From positions 2,482,001 through 2,546,000 of the forward strand of contig NW_024704743.1 of NCBI RefSeq assembly GCF_018977255.1: a DNA stretch of 64,000 nucleotides, in the 5' to 3' direction. How positions within the stretch are numbered: position 1 is the first letter of the stretch; every line of letters starts with the position of its first letter. The position numbers and the translations under genes were made by a program. Positions 23,901-36,825 of the stretch are shown here, piece by piece. The DNA comes from Callorhinchus milii (lineage: Eukaryota). The notes under the pieces were generated by a model, which saw only the letters and a list, made by a program, of their open reading frames with translations, did not search any database and was not told where the DNA came from.

Positions 23901-26900
23901 TCAATTCACCTTACAGTATATCCTGTGAAGCGCTTTGGGATGTCTCAACAATGTAATAAGGTTATCATTTAGCAACGATCAGAATCGAAAACATTGACTC
24001 TTGAAAGAAATAAAATGCAGTGACCCGCGTGTGTGTCTCTAGATCCGTAAGAGTGGTGGTGACTTCCAGCTCCGTGCAACATTAGAAAACTTACTGGAAG
24101 CAGACCAGGTAGGCCGTTGGTGGATTGTTGGATCTTCCTGGAGTGGAGCCCCCATGATTGACAACAGCTCAACGACACAGCAGCAGAACGTTGTTGGAGA
24201 GGTGAGCAATGCAGCCACCACCGTTAGGTGACCGTAAAATAGATGCAGTTTTGCCTTCCTATCTGCATAAACCCGTACGTAAATTTGAGTTAATTTTACG
24301 GTAGTCTGAATTTCTATGTGACCAAGAAACACTGATGGTTTGTTTTAGGTTAGCGCAAAAATGATGGAGCTTGCAAGAAAACAGAGGATGAATACAGAGA
24401 TACGAAGAAATATCTTTTGTGTTGTGATGACCAGTGAAGATTATTTGGATGCTTTTGAAAAGCTCTTAAGGTCAGTGCAAAACTCTTGTCACTTTGAAAA
24501 ATAAGATCTCACGTGGAGTTTGAATCATAGTGCGACTGCAACTCGGATGTTACTAGAAAACACTGTGCCAACATGGTAACACAATTTAATTGCCTTGTCC
24601 TCGTATTATTACAAAATTTCCCAATTTGCCTCTGTCATTTGACTTTAGAAGCTTCATGTGCTGTGGCCTGCGTCCTGATCAGGCTTCTATATTCCCAATG
24701 TGAAAACTGAAACTCCAAATTTAATATATTTTCAACGGTGTTATCCACTCAATATTTTAGTTTTGCCCAGCAGCACCTCCAAGGTTGGATGTAGCCTGCA
24801 CAGATAATCATACTCTGATCAAGTTGAGAATAGATTTTTTCCATTGCTGTACTCGCTAGTACTCTAGTACTCTCCAGAAGCTTCAGCTAATCCAGAACTC
24901 TTGAGTTCTGTTGTACATGATCTCCTTATAGGTGGTTTTGTCAGCATCTTGAACTCGTTTCTTTGTTCGGTCTCGAGCACTACAGTTTCTAATTCTTAAT
25001 GTTTTCTGTATTTTGCCTTTTATCATTATGACAGACTTGGATTGAAAGATCAGCAAGAAAGGGAGATAATTCACATCCTTGTTGATTGTTGTCTTCAAGA
25101 AAAGACATTTAATCCTTTCTATGCTTTCCTAGTGGGAAAGTTCTGTGAATATGAGAGAAGATTTCAGGTAATGTGGTCTTGCAAGATTATTACTTCTCTG
25201 AACCGTCTTAACATTTTCATTTCATTGTGTCCAATTGATAAAGGAGGTTTATTCACATTAGCGGCTACAGCAGCAATTGTGAAATTTGAAAATTGTTATT
25301 CTTGTGTTTAGGTTTTGTTTCTTATGAAGGCAGTGCAGAGGAGAGCAACAAGTTGTTTGTTCCCTATTGCTTAAAAAGGTTGCATTATGAGAAACAACTC
25401 TAAGCTGGAGCATCCAGCCTTGAAAAGATTCACCTTGGATGGCACCTTGTAGAAGTCTATAAGATGCTAGATCAGATATAGAAAGTAAACTCTATTAAAT
25501 AATATTTTCAGAAAGGCCAAGCCAGCAAGACATAATGATGGGTTCAGAGTAAAGGATAGACACGAGGAAGTATTAATTTACACGGTTAACTGGAATTAGT
25601 TATTTGGAAGATTAGTGGAGACCAAAATGTTTTAGATCCATTGCTATAATGGGAAAAAGATATTCTAGAAGGATTAGATCAAACAGGCCTTAGAGCCATT
25701 TTACCAGTTAGCCAGGTTTAAGCATACTGTTTCCCAGTCTTGGGTGATCTTAGATCAGTTCCGAGCACAGTGCTAACAGCCTACTGCATGTAACTACATG
25801 GACCTGGACCAAGACATGTCCATCTCTTCTCTAATGCCATCCCAGGAGTAGCCTTACAGTTAAAGGGAATGGTGCTAGTTGAATGCCACGTGCCTCTTTT
25901 TTCACAGCTGGTAGGTTAACCACTATATTTTGCACTCTTGTAGGTGGAGTATGAACGGAAAGTCCTCCCCAGACTTTCCTTCTTTTTATGGTTTGACATT
26001 AAGTGCAAGATAATGGTTCAATGTATTGCCCAAAGTATCAGAAACAATAAATCTGTCCTTCACCCTCTTACACTCGCTCAGGCTGTTAGTTATTTCTGAT
26101 CCTAAAGCATCAGCAGATTTCGCTCTACTTATTTTTTCACTGTTATTTCTCTTGTGCTTATTTGCTTGATGTTTATATTAATGGATTGCTTTTATTCATT
26201 CAGGTGTATAAGTTTACCAGTGAATTAGAATGCACTTACCTGATATATCTCTTCTGTCAAAAGCAAACATGATGACTGCTTGGAATATTTGTTTTATTCC
26301 TGTGAACAACTATGCCAGTGTTTCAAACTAGCCTTGAGAAGGAAATGCTTAGATCTTAAACTATCACAGTTTAAGAGTGATTGTCAGCAAGAAATAAAAA
26401 TCCTTCTATTGTGGGTTACTTTACTGTAAACTTCATTCTATTTCCAATTTTAGTTGAGTGGTTTGAGTATCAATATTAGCACTTTGGTTTATTGCATAAA
26501 AAGTGTCTTAACAGTTCCTTGGGTAATTGAGGATAATGGGCTTTTTGTGATCATTTTAAAGTGGGTTGGCTGAAAGATGTCTAGGGTCTATAATCCTACT
26601 AACACATTTAAGATTGTTTATTGCAAAATAATGTAAAACTCAAGACACATTCTTTGGATATAATGGAACTAAACTAACATCAAAGTTTCTATCTTCTCCC
26701 GTACATGTTAGATATATAGGTTGATAGACCTACTATATACATTTGCCTGGATTTATAATGTTACTTTAAAGACTATATGAAGAATAGCACCAAGTAGTAC
26801 TTTCAGCATTGTGCTGGAGCATCAATCTGTATTACAAACTCAAGACCTGATGTGTAGTTTCAACCCACAGCCTTCTGATCTAGAGATGAGTGTGCTATCA

Positions 26901-29223
26901 ATTGAACCAGGATAACGCACAATTTTATATTTCTTTGTAACGGTTTCATTAATATCACAACAAGAATTAAGGTTTGTTGAGCACCCTGGGCATATTTCAG
27001 ATTTGTAACTGAAGTAGTTCTGTTTGCACTCTTTCATTGTGAATAGATGACATTCCAATTCACCATGTGGGATCGATTCAGGGATTTAGAAAACATGACC
27101 ACTGTGACGACCACAAATTTGGTTAATTTACTTGTCCATCTTCTCAGCAGAAAAGTGCTGTCTCTCTCCATCTTTAAGGTCAGTGTATTCTGCACATAAA
27201 GTGTTAATACATTTGGAGAACGTGTGTGAATTAGCATCTTCCATCGCTACACAAAACGTAATTTGAGTAACTTTACTTAAACCATTTTGATATTTTCTAA
27301 CAGTAAATCTTTCTCGGGAGAATAGAGGGGCAATTACACAAGGTTTATACAATACAACTACCTAGAATCCTAAAAGGAAAGAAAAATAATTAAATATTTT
27401 TTATATTTTTGGAAATGTATGAATTAAGTCTGAGAATAAGGCAATAAGTCGTAACTCATTTTCAAAGAATGTTGGCTGCCAGCAGAGCTATGGATTTCTC
27501 ATGAATGTGGACCCAACAGCACTTCGTGTCAACAACAAGGATTGCATCCTTTGCATGGCATCATTTTATGAATGCTTATGAGTAACTGGCTGTATTTGAT
27601 CTGGGTCCCTCAAGCATCACGGTATTATGGCTATCTTTGATATGTAAGAATCATTGTGTAGCAGTAATTAGGTTGTTAGTCGATTAGCAGATTGCTTTCC
27701 AGGGGACAAAAATTAGTCACTCAATGTACGACTGTGGAACACTGTTGTATGCAATTTGCTGCCAATTTTTGCCCACAAAATACAGTTAATCAATCCACTT
27801 TACAATATATTGTATGAAGCACTTTGAGACGTCTCAACAAGTGATATGGTGCTATATCAAATGCAAGATTATTATTGTCATTAAGGTTGATTTATTTTGA
27901 ATTTATAATCAAATGGAAATTAAAGCTTTATTTGAGAGGAAAAAATCAGATTTTTTTTTGCAGCAATTCTATTTGTGTTGCCTATAAATCAGGAGAACAG
28001 CCTTGGTTGTCAGTTTGTTTCCCTTCAACGGGAGCTGACCTTAGTAACTGTTTGTAACTAAACAGTCTGGTGCTCAGGTTACTGTTGGTGTCTTGCTGTA
28101 TTTGAAATGTAAAAATAGTGCTGTAACCATGTGATTTCATTCTTCCAGGGACACTTAAAATGGGAAAAACTCTTGCATGATCTTGCAGAAAGTTAACTGT
28201 TCATCTTGTGTTCCTGACTTGACATTCTAGGTGATTGAATTCAGTGAACTGGATAAACCTAAAGTCAAGTTTCTGCGGCAGATTCTAGTAAAAATGCTTC
28301 TGGAATTGGAACCAGAAGAATTGACGAGCGTATTTCAAAGGTATCTTCTCATGATTTAACTTTAGTTATCCGACAAATAACTAAACAAAACTTTGTGCCT
28401 ATCATTACCTCCCACCTCTCCAGAATGGGAAAAGGTGATGAACCAATTATTTAAATAACAACATTTTATAAGTTATTTTCCACATCCTAGTTCTGTGGAA
28501 AATCTGAGATGTATCTACTTATTAAACCATCAGGGAATTTCACTACGTATTTCTTGGGACGTCCTCCTGACGTGAAAGGAGCTATACAATTGTAATTTTT
28601 GTTGTTATTGCACTTTGCAAGAACAAAAACTCAAAAGTGGTTTTGGTTTACACTTCTCCATGTACTTGTGGCTGATATCACCAAAGGGATCATGTAGATA
28701 AGGAGCGGAGTAATGATAGAAACCTCAAGAACACTGCGGGTACTGTGTGGGAAGGAGAAGTAATTAGAGGAGATGTAGTGAGGACCCTGGGACCAGGAAA
28801 GTGCTTTAGGACCAGGGAGCGACACTGGAGAATGACAAAGTGATCGATTGTGTCAAAACAAAGGCTACTTAGATCTTGGAGGACAAGAAGGCACAGACTG
28901 AGAAATGACTTGGACTAAGCCTGGCTTATTGCTGTGGGTGAGTTGGAATCCAGATTGGAGGGGTTCCTAGAGAGAATAAACAAACATCAAATCTATGTCA
29001 TGGATATTGCTGTCTCTAAATGCTCATTTTCTCCTGTCATTGCAGGATCTCTGGAATTCCGAAGTTAGCCATGTTACGAGAAGGTCTGAAACTCTTCATC
29101 ACACACTTCCTTTTAAAGAATGCCTCCAATCTTGGCTCCTCACAGGAAGCTAATTTACTTAAAGAACATGTTGACCTTGCTAAAAAGGCTCTACAAGCCA
29201 AAGATGCTAAACTGAAATTTTAA
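16955..29223 (+). CDS. NOM1: Nucleolar MIF4G domain-containing protein 1 (Sgd1 homolog), 11 exons, about 870 aa
   Basis: Exons 16955-17996, 19164-19273, 19517-19712, 20664-20987, 21155-21265, 24043-24201, 24349-24470, 25035-25167, 27047-27178, 28231-28340, 29046-29223. GT-AG junctions with consistent phases. Contains NOM1 motifs KYIPP, LLNRLSEPNMASISGQ, GRWWIVGSSWSG, LARKQRMNT, DCCLQEKTFNPFY. The start region has a frame discrepancy (see findings). Confidence 0.96.
17697..17867 (+). repeat. Coding minisatellite, 18-bp unit x 9.5 (EAAEEG/EADEEG) in NOM1 exon 1
   Basis: GAAGC(T/C)G(C/A)TGAGGAAGGT repeated nine times plus GAAGCTGAC. Confidence 0.97.
18120..18382 (+). mobile_element. L2 3' fragment in NOM1 intron 1
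   Basis: CTGTCCAGCACCTTGGGACATCC..GTGAAAGGCGC..(TTG)n. Confidence 0.75.
19164..19273 (+). CDS. NOM1: NOM1 exon 2
   Basis: VERSNGKYIPPQLRRMDVKKKEELERLKKAVKGLLN(R); AG/GT boundaries. Confidence 0.92.
19517..19712 (+). CDS. NOM1: NOM1 exon 3 (MIF4G)
   Basis: LSEPNMASISGQFEELY...SILHHNVGIE; ccacag acceptor, GTGACC donor. Confidence 0.95.
20664..20987 (+). CDS. NOM1: NOM1 exon 4 (MIF4G)
   Basis: VGAHVLE...GKECDNL...FSLRKDDAL...FQDQTR; 324 nt, phase 0. Confidence 0.95.
21155..21265 (+). CDS. NOM1: NOM1 exon 5
   Basis: VRFMLETMLALKNNDVRKIPGYDPEPVERLRKLQRTL; AG/GT boundaries. Confidence 0.95.
21775..21997 (-). mobile_element. SINE 5'/central portion in NOM1 intron 5
   Basis: Shares CCGGGTTCCTACTT and GTGGAGTAAG..GTTGCCCAA with the family. 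Confidence 0.75.
24043..24201 (+). CDS. NOM1: NOM1 exon 6
   Basis: IRKSGGDFQLRATLENLLEADQVGRWWIVGSSWSGAPMIDNS...VVGE; GTGAG donor. Confidence 0.93.
24349..24470 (+). CDS. NOM1: NOM1 exon 7 (MA3/MI domain start)
   Basis: VSAKMMELARKQRMNTEIRRNIFCVVMTSEDYLDAFEKLL(R). Confidence 0.95.
25035..25167 (+). CDS. NOM1: NOM1 exon 8
   Basis: LGLKDQQEREIIHILVDCCLQEKTFNPFYAFLVGKFCEYERRFQ. Confidence 0.95.
27047..27178 (+). CDS. NOM1: NOM1 exon 9
   Basis: MTFQFTMWDRFRDLENM...NLVNLLVHLLSRKVLSLSIFK. Confidence 0.94.
28231..28340 (+). CDS. NOM1: NOM1 exon 10
   Basis: VIEFSELDKPKVKFLRQILVKMLLELEPEELTSVFQ(R). Confidence 0.94.
29046..29223 (+). CDS. NOM1: NOM1 exon 11 (terminal coding part)
   Basis: ISGIPKLAMLREGLKLFITHFLLKNA...AKDAKLKF followed by TAA at 29221-29223. 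Confidence 0.94.
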
Positions 29224-30308
29224 ATATTACAGATGTCATACGGATGGACAGGAACTGAGAAATCTTGTATATTTTGACTTAAAAGACCTTTGTTACAAAA
29301 TAGAGGAGTGATAGCGTCACTGGTTGAAACTTTGTACAGTAAACTTCACAAGTTGTATCTGTTGGGACCATACACTTAATAACTTATGCAAAGTATGATT
29401 GATGTGAATAAGTCGTATCATATGACTTGTATAAAGTTACGTTTAAATTGGGTTTTACATTACTTCTACATAAATACACAATTATGAGCTGGCTGCTGAC
29501 ATTAAGGTAAGGTTTCTGTACCATGTTTAGCCCATGTATATTAAAGCTATGGTAGCTCATTCCTTCTATGTACAGTACTGCATCTCATGTGAAGAAAACA
29601 TGTGCTGTACAATGAATGGCACAACCAACCAGGTTTTGAAACAACAGTTTTAATAGAATATAAACTCTTCCAAAGGACACAGTATTCTGGAACTGAATTA
29701 TCAATCGTACTTGTTCACTGTTATGTACTGCACATGTAGTTCCTCCATATTACAGCCGGGAAATTAGCATGTAGGTCGGGACTTAGGTTTGTGCGATTAT
29801 CTGACATGGAGCACTGTGTATACTGCTTCAAGACCGGTAAACGCACACCCTTCACTCTCCACGTCATCACACATTACTCCATGTGATCAGTCTCCTCTTT
29901 CCTCTCTCAGCCCTCACTGCCATGAGCAATGACACTGGGAGGAAGGTTGTGGAGAGTTAGGGTCCTACCGGTGGTAGTGGGAAACAGTTTTAATCCGGCA
30001 GCCAGTAACTTCAGAAGCGTTGCTATGAGTTGTCAGATTGTTAATATGACTTCATATACATTTAAGTGTATTTAATAGGTAATTCAATGGCACTTGGGCA
30101 ACATAGGCGATTATGATTTATACAGATCAGATTTATGTGACTTACTAAACTAATTTATTTAGAAAATCTACTTTGCAATTAGTTGCATGTGCAGAAGCAA
30201 GCACTAGGTGGTGCATTTCTACTGTATCAGTATGTTGGTGCCTTGTTCTCACCAGGCCTTTTTGTGCTGGTAGTTGCTTTGCAATTGAAAGTTTCCATTT
30301 GTATTATC

Positions 30309-30314
30309 AATAAA
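30309..30314 (+). terminator. Candidate NOM1 polyadenylation signal
   Basis: AATAAA about 1.1 kb after the stop codon, followed by T-rich sequence. An ATTAAA near 29540 is an alternative. Confidence 0.5.
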
Positions 30315-31184
30315 ACCTAGCTATATATTCTTTTTGGAAGAGATTTAATTTACTAAAATATGTACTTTTTATAATTGTGAGCTACCTCTGAGTCAAGAAG
30401 GTTGGGTGCAAGCCCAATGTCAGGCCAACAATTCCCAAGTAATATTGGTCACTCACTCCATGGTTGTTTGTGGGACATTGCTATACAGTCAATTCACTGA
30501 ACAGTATATTCTGTGAAACGCTTTGAGAAAGTCTCGCAGCTGTGAAGCACTATGTGAAATGCAATTATTATTGCTGTGCAAATTGGCTGCCATGTTCGTC
30601 CCCAAAACGCACAATCACTTTACAGTATATTATGGAGTGCTTTGGGATGTCCTCGACATCAGACTTTCTACCAAATTTAAGGAAGATTATTTATTGTGGT
30701 TAAATGTGATAGACTGGATCATTGAACTACATAAAAATAGTATAGAATTGTATTAAGAGTTCATAGAGGCATTTTATAAATGAAGTTAGTTTGGTTATAA
30801 CAATCTAATTATTTGTTAGAGAGGTTCTACTGACATTCAAAATAATGATGTTTGTTCAGCAGTGCATGTGATAATGTAGCCCATTAAACATGAAGGTCAC
30901 AGGACACCCATGTTAATCTCAGTGTTACAAAGTCCATGAAACATGTCTTCATAATTGGACCTTTGGCTCCTAGCATTTGATTGCTAGTTAACAAAGTCAA
31001 TTGTTTAGAAGAAGCAATAATCGCAATGTAGATATCCTGTTTATTGAAATCTGTGAGCCTGAAATTCAACGTGAAACTTGATCTTGAAAGTTTTATGCCT
31101 TGGCTTGAGTAGGAGAGGAGTTTGACATGCACATTCAAATCTGTCTGATATACCAAATATCTAATGGACTGGATAAACTGCACC

Positions 31185-31566
31185 TAATTCTCACTCTTTA
31201 CCCTCCACGGCCTTGCCCTCTCTAAATCTCTGACCTGCTGATCCCTCATCAACCTGTCCATTCCCTCCTGCTCCAAGTCTCCTACACAACCCACCCTACT
31301 TTCAGCAACCAGGCTCTCAGCCTCTCTGCCCCCACTCTTTGGAACTCCATCCCACAATTCCTGTGCCTTGCTTTCCTCTTGCCTCCTTCAAGGAATGACT
31401 CGAGACCCTCCTTTTTGACCATGCCTTCAGCTGCCCTCCTACTCCCTCTGCCCTCCCTCATCCCAACCCTGCCCCCCACGCTCAGGTCCTGACCCCTGAC
31501 TGTTCAGCGGTTTCGGACATCCTCCCAACGTGAAAGGCACTTTACAAATACAATTTTGTTGTTGTT
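31185..31566 (+). mobile_element. L2 3' fragment
   Basis: Pyrimidine-rich ORF2 end (CTTTGGAACTCCATCCC) and (TTG)n tail. Confidence 0.75.
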
Positions 31567-32778
31567 CGCACCTAATCCCAGATGTGCAAAATGGTAGACA
31601 AGTAATTGAGAGCCCCCACCTTTCAATAAATGTGTTCCAATTGTGAGGAAGTGAGAGATTAGCATGAATATTGTACTAGATGATCCTAGCAGTCACGGGC
31701 TGAGCCACTCCTAGCAAAAGAACTTAAGATATAGTTTCACTTATGGTTTGTGGAAACCCCCCATCCCATCTTCCTCACACTTCTGTTACATAAACCCACT
31801 TATATATCCCAACTTCTGCGACCTTGGTACCTTAATCCTGATCTAACATAATTGAGGGAAATGCTTGGCACTGATCTCAACAATTGAGCCTGCTACACTT
31901 AATTGGTTCATTATTAGTCCAGCGCAAACCTGGTTCTGATATAAATCTAGTTGTATTTCACTCACAAAATACACGGTCAACTCACTTTACAATATATTCT
32001 GTGAAGTGCTTTGAGATGTTTCAACGACATAAGGTGACATAATATCAAATGCAAGGATTATTATTATTTTTCCTATTGCCTGCTATTGAGTGTGCAGTGT
32101 TTCATTACCAGACGTCCTTTATATCTGGTTTAAAAAAAAATAGGTTCTGCCCGTCTTTATTTATGCCAGATTCCCAAGTGGACATGTGCGTGAACGTTGA
32201 CAGATTCGCTGAAAAACTGCTTTAGTGTGGGGGCATCATAGCCAAACCCAATCATTGTCCTTTGCCTGATGTGGTAGTCTTGAGCTGTCTTAACAACAGC
32301 AAAATTACATTTGTATAGCACCTCTCACGTTGGGAGGACGTCCCAAGGCACTGATCGGGAGAACAAAACATGGCTTATTTCCCCCACATAACCCAGTGAA
32401 TACTGAAACAAACTGTAGTACCAAATTGCTCCCTGGTTGAAATTACTAATTGGGCCCACATCAGGATATGAGCCAGGCGTAGTGAGATGAATTTCCTCGT
32501 GACTGTTAGAGTAACTCATAGATAGCTTGTTCATGGTGATAAAATGAAGTCAGAGTTCAAGGCCAGTCTCTGTAGTGACCCTGCTGAAGTTTAAGGAACA
32601 ATTGCTGGCTGAATGATGAGGGTAATTTCTGAATGGCTAATGGCTAGTTTGTCCTTTGTTGTACTATATATCACTCAAAGAGGCAGATGGGACCTCAGTT
32701 TAACATTTTATCCGACAATGCAATGCACTAAAGTTACTCATTGAATTTTAATTTCCAAATTAAATTTTTTACTTAATT

Positions 32779-32929
32779 GTGGAGTCCTGTAGCCCTCGCT
32801 TCGCAAGCCATAGGACCTGGGTTTGATTCCCAGGCAGGATGAAACGTTGGGCAAGTTTCCTTACTCCACACACACGTCTCTGTTTAGCAGCAGTCAGTAG
32901 GAACCCATTAGTTGATTGGCGGATCACTT
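32779..32929 (+). mobile_element. SINE 5' half
   Basis: Same head as 61278 with an A-box deletion. Confidence 0.75.
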
Positions 32930-34273
32930 AGGTGACAAACTCTGTCTTGTCTGGATACTCTTGAGCACAGTGATGGGTTTCCACATGTTTGTAGCACTGG
33001 CTGACCAAAATACATTGTACTGTAATAAGATATCTTCAAGTTCCCAATAGTACCTTCGCCACACAGTTTTGTGTTTTTCAAATGACCTTTTTTTTTCCCC
33101 CCCCTTTCTCCTCAGTTTTGTCGAAGTGTCAGATATCTTCCCTCTCCCTCTCTAGAGTGGATAAATTACGCAAATTGCAGTTACTTCAGTCGCTGAAAGT
33201 CCTTTAAGGATGTGGACAATGTAACGAACAATGAAGCTGAGCAGGGGGGCTATTCAGTTCAAATAAATAGATCTCCAACTTTAGTGTTGATGATGTGAGT
33301 TGTAGGGATAGTGTTAATGATTGCCTGTACGTTTAGGAAGAATGTGACTGTCAGAAATCATATTCCAACCAAGTTGTGTTGATTATTATTATTTCAAGAA
33401 CTCTTCAAAAGTATAGATGTATATAATATATTCTTTTAACATGTTTGAATTGTTATAATAGTTTTATTTTGGATTATAACTATAAATTTTAAAAAAACTC
33501 TTCTATCCTCTCCTCCAGCCTTGTCACATCCTGCGATCTGTTACACATTTACACTATTATTAGGTATTTCACACTATAAAATAAAATGCTCCTTGGCAAC
33601 CCCCAGGTGAGTAAAGCCGTTAAACTCCTTTCCCCTCCCCTCCTTGTGTTGACATTGCAGCCCCCGTTTCAGAAAACCAAACTTGAAGGGAAGAGAGAGA
33701 GGGAGGGCTAAAGAGAGAGAGAGGTTAGAGAGATAACACAAGTCATTCCTTTTGTTACTTCCCAGCTGGGCAAACCGTCTCTCTTGAATTATAACCTAAT
33801 CAATAATTGATACTCGTAATCCGGCCATACCATAATCACACAAATTGCCGTGAAACTGACAAAGGATTGAACTCTCCTTATCTGCTCGTATGGGTCTTTT
33901 GGCCCCCAAAAAAGACAGGGCCATTGTCCTCTCACCTTAACAAACCAAAGGGGTTGGATGTCCCAGGTGACAGAGTCTTGTTTGGCAGATTGAACATCTT
34001 AGAGTTGAAAGAATTGGTTTGTCAGGATGCTTCTAAATAGACCAACGAGTATTGTGTATTGTGTCGTCATTTCTCACGCCCCTCCCCCAGGTTTCCCCCA
34101 GAGTGTGTGGAGTTGCTGTGATTTTAGGCCAAAAGCCACCATGAACACTTTAAAAACAATCAACCCAGGGACAGCACTTTGGACACATCTGCCCCAGCTT
34201 GAACTGGTTAAAATCAAGAGGTGGATTTGAGAAGAAAGACAAAATAGATGCTTTGCACCAAACACCAGTGGTT

Positions 34274-34637
34274 ATAATAATCCTTGGATTTGATACAGCG
34301 CTTTATCATGTCTTCGAGATGTCTCAAAGCGCTTTCACAGGATATACTGTAAAGTGAATTGACTGTATATTTGTGGGTGAAACACGGCAGCCAATTGTAC
34401 ACAGCAGCGTCCCCACAAACAGCCGTGGATTGAAGTGACCAATATATTATTTGTTAAAAAAGGGAATTATTACCCACTGAAAAACGATCCGCCAATCAAC
34501 TAACAACCAGGTTCCTACTTACTGCTGAGTAAACAGAGACGTGTGGAGTAAGGAAACTTGCCCAACATTTTGTCCTGCCGGGAATCAAACCCAGATCTCT
34601 TGCTTGCGAAGCGAGTGCTCTAACCACTGAATTCCAC
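34274..34637 (-). mobile_element. tRNA-derived SINE, near full length
   Basis: Same head, core and (TTA)n tail as the other copies. Confidence 0.88.
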
Positions 34638-35906
34638 ATTGTTGCCATATTGTTGTCTTCATTTACGTATTGGGAAGAAGTTTCAGGGGAGTTTACAGAG
34701 GAATTTGGAGGAGGAATAGGTAATGACCAGCACTAAACACAAATAGTTGGGAAGTAGTGTGTGTAAGTGACAAAAGCATTAACTTTATTACAGGATGAAT
34801 AGTCATCGTACCTCAATGACATTGGTGCACCATTTCATGAGTGGTGTTGCTGGGGAGCCTGGCTAGGAGAGCATTGGAATAATCAGGATAGGAGATGCCG
34901 AACACATGGATAAGGGTGTGAGGTTTCAGTGAGGCTTGTCACAAACGGAAAGGACATCAACAACAATAACATTCTTCTCACTCGGCTCCTGTTAACCCTA
35001 CAAGCCAAAGCCTGAATATGTAAGTGGACCTCGCTGGACAAGCAGCAGGAAAACTTGGAATTGCAAAGTATTGATGGGATGAATGAAATTCTCAGCTTGG
35101 TTTGGATACTCTTTAGCATGGTGATGAGTTTCTGTCTGCGTTAGACACCCGGCTGATCACGGTGACGGTTTCCGTCAGTGTCAGACACCCGTCTGATTAC
35201 GGTGACGGGTTTGCGTCAGTGTCAAGACACCTGGCTGACCAAAATAAAGGGGACCCATTCAGTACATCGGGTTTGTGCTTCTGCTATTTTTCAAAATTGC
35301 CTTTTTTTTAGTTAATTTTTGTTTCCAGCTCTCTCCCCATATCTCTTAATGATTTTACTCTCCAGGTGCTTATCCCATTTCCTTTTGAACATTTCTATTG
35401 ATCCTGGCTAAATAGCCACTTGTGATAATGAATTCCCAAACCTGAACGACCCTCTTTGAGTGAAGACATTCCTTCTAACTTCTCCCCTAATTGTTTCTTG
35501 CAACAATCCCATTAAAACAGAACGCTGGTACCCTCAGGACTGCAATCACAATTACAAGATCTGTACAGGGTGTCCACAAAGTCCTGTTACCCCCTGCTAC
35601 AAAACAGCGATTTGAGACGGGAGGAGCTGAAATAAGGTCCATTTCTCTGTTCAGATGGAAGTTAAAGATCCAATGGTGCTATTCAAAAGAGAAGGCGGTG
35701 TCTTCTGGTGTCCTGGCCAACAATCCCCAAAATAAAATTGGACACTCACTGTATGGCTATCTGTGGGATAATTTTGTGCACAAATTGGCTGTCACATTCA
35801 CCCAATTTACAGCTTGCTCAAAAATGCTGTAAATTCCTGCAAACCGCTTTGAGATGTCTTGATGATGTGATATATATCAAATGCAAGGAATGTTATTAAG
35901 CTTACA

Positions 35907-36162
35907 GGTTAGCCCGCTCTCCTTGCAAGCGAGAAGACCCAGGTTCAAATTCCGGCAGGGCGAAACCTTAGGCAAGTTTCCTTACTCCACATGCCTATGT
36001 TTACCTTGCAATAAGTAGGAACCTGGTTATTTGTCGATTGGCAGATTGGTTTCCAGGGGTAATAATCCCTCCCAAAAAATAAAATAATGAATTTGGAAAT
36101 TCAATCCACGACTGCTTGTGGGACAATGCTGTGTCAAATGCAAGAATTATTATTATTATTAT
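35907..36162 (+). mobile_element. SINE, 5'-truncated and internally deleted
   Basis: GGTTCAAATTCC B-box-like, GGCAAGTTTCCTTACTCCAC core, (TTA)n tail. Confidence 0.78.
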
Positions 36163-36164
36163 TT

Positions 36165-36825
36165 GGATATTCCAGGGATGAGATGTTTTTCACTATGCCT
36201 GAGAAGGTAAAAGAGTGCCCCGTTAAGAGTCTTCCCCAAAGCCTATGATAGGGTAAATACTGGTCAGTGAGTTAAGAACTAGAATGCACAAATTGAAGTA
36301 ATCATTAAAAGAAAGAGTTTTTATGATTAAGGGGAGATTAGAAAACATTTCTTTACACAGAAGGTGGTTCGATTGTGGAGATTTCTTCCACAAATTATCA
36401 TCAATCCACGACTGTATGTGGGAAACTACTGTGCGCAATTGGCCGCTGCGTTTCGCCCACAAAAATATAGTCAATTCACTTTACAGTATATTCTGTGAAA
36501 CACTTTGAGACATCTCGAAGATGTGATAAGCGCTATATCAAATATAATAACAATCCTTTCATTTGATGTAGCGCCTTATTGCATCGTCGAGAAGGTAAAA
36601 TGCAAGGAATAGTAGTATTATTATTATTTATTATTATTGAGGCAGAGTCCACTTATTCTTTCAAAAGCTGGCAAATCAATAGATCCTTAAAGAGGAGAAA
36701 CTGAAAAAGTTTGAGGAATGAGCCAGAGAATGCAATTAGGTTGGCTCATAAGGAGAAAAACACCAACCCAGACTTAATAGGCTGAATGACCTTTTCCTGT
36801 GCTATAAAAATCTATAATTCTATAT
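36165..36825 (+). mobile_element. Degenerate CR1 3' fragment interrupted by SINE tails (about 36400-36638)
   Basis: TTTCTTTACACAGAAGGTGG before the SINE; GAGGCAGAG..TTCAAAAG..ATAGGCTGAATGACC..CCTGTGCTATA after it. Confidence 0.6.

Noticed and set aside
16955..29223. NOM1 as a pseudogene
   Set aside because: Exons 2-11 are intact with canonical splice sites, and the only discrepancy is in the GC-rich 5' end.
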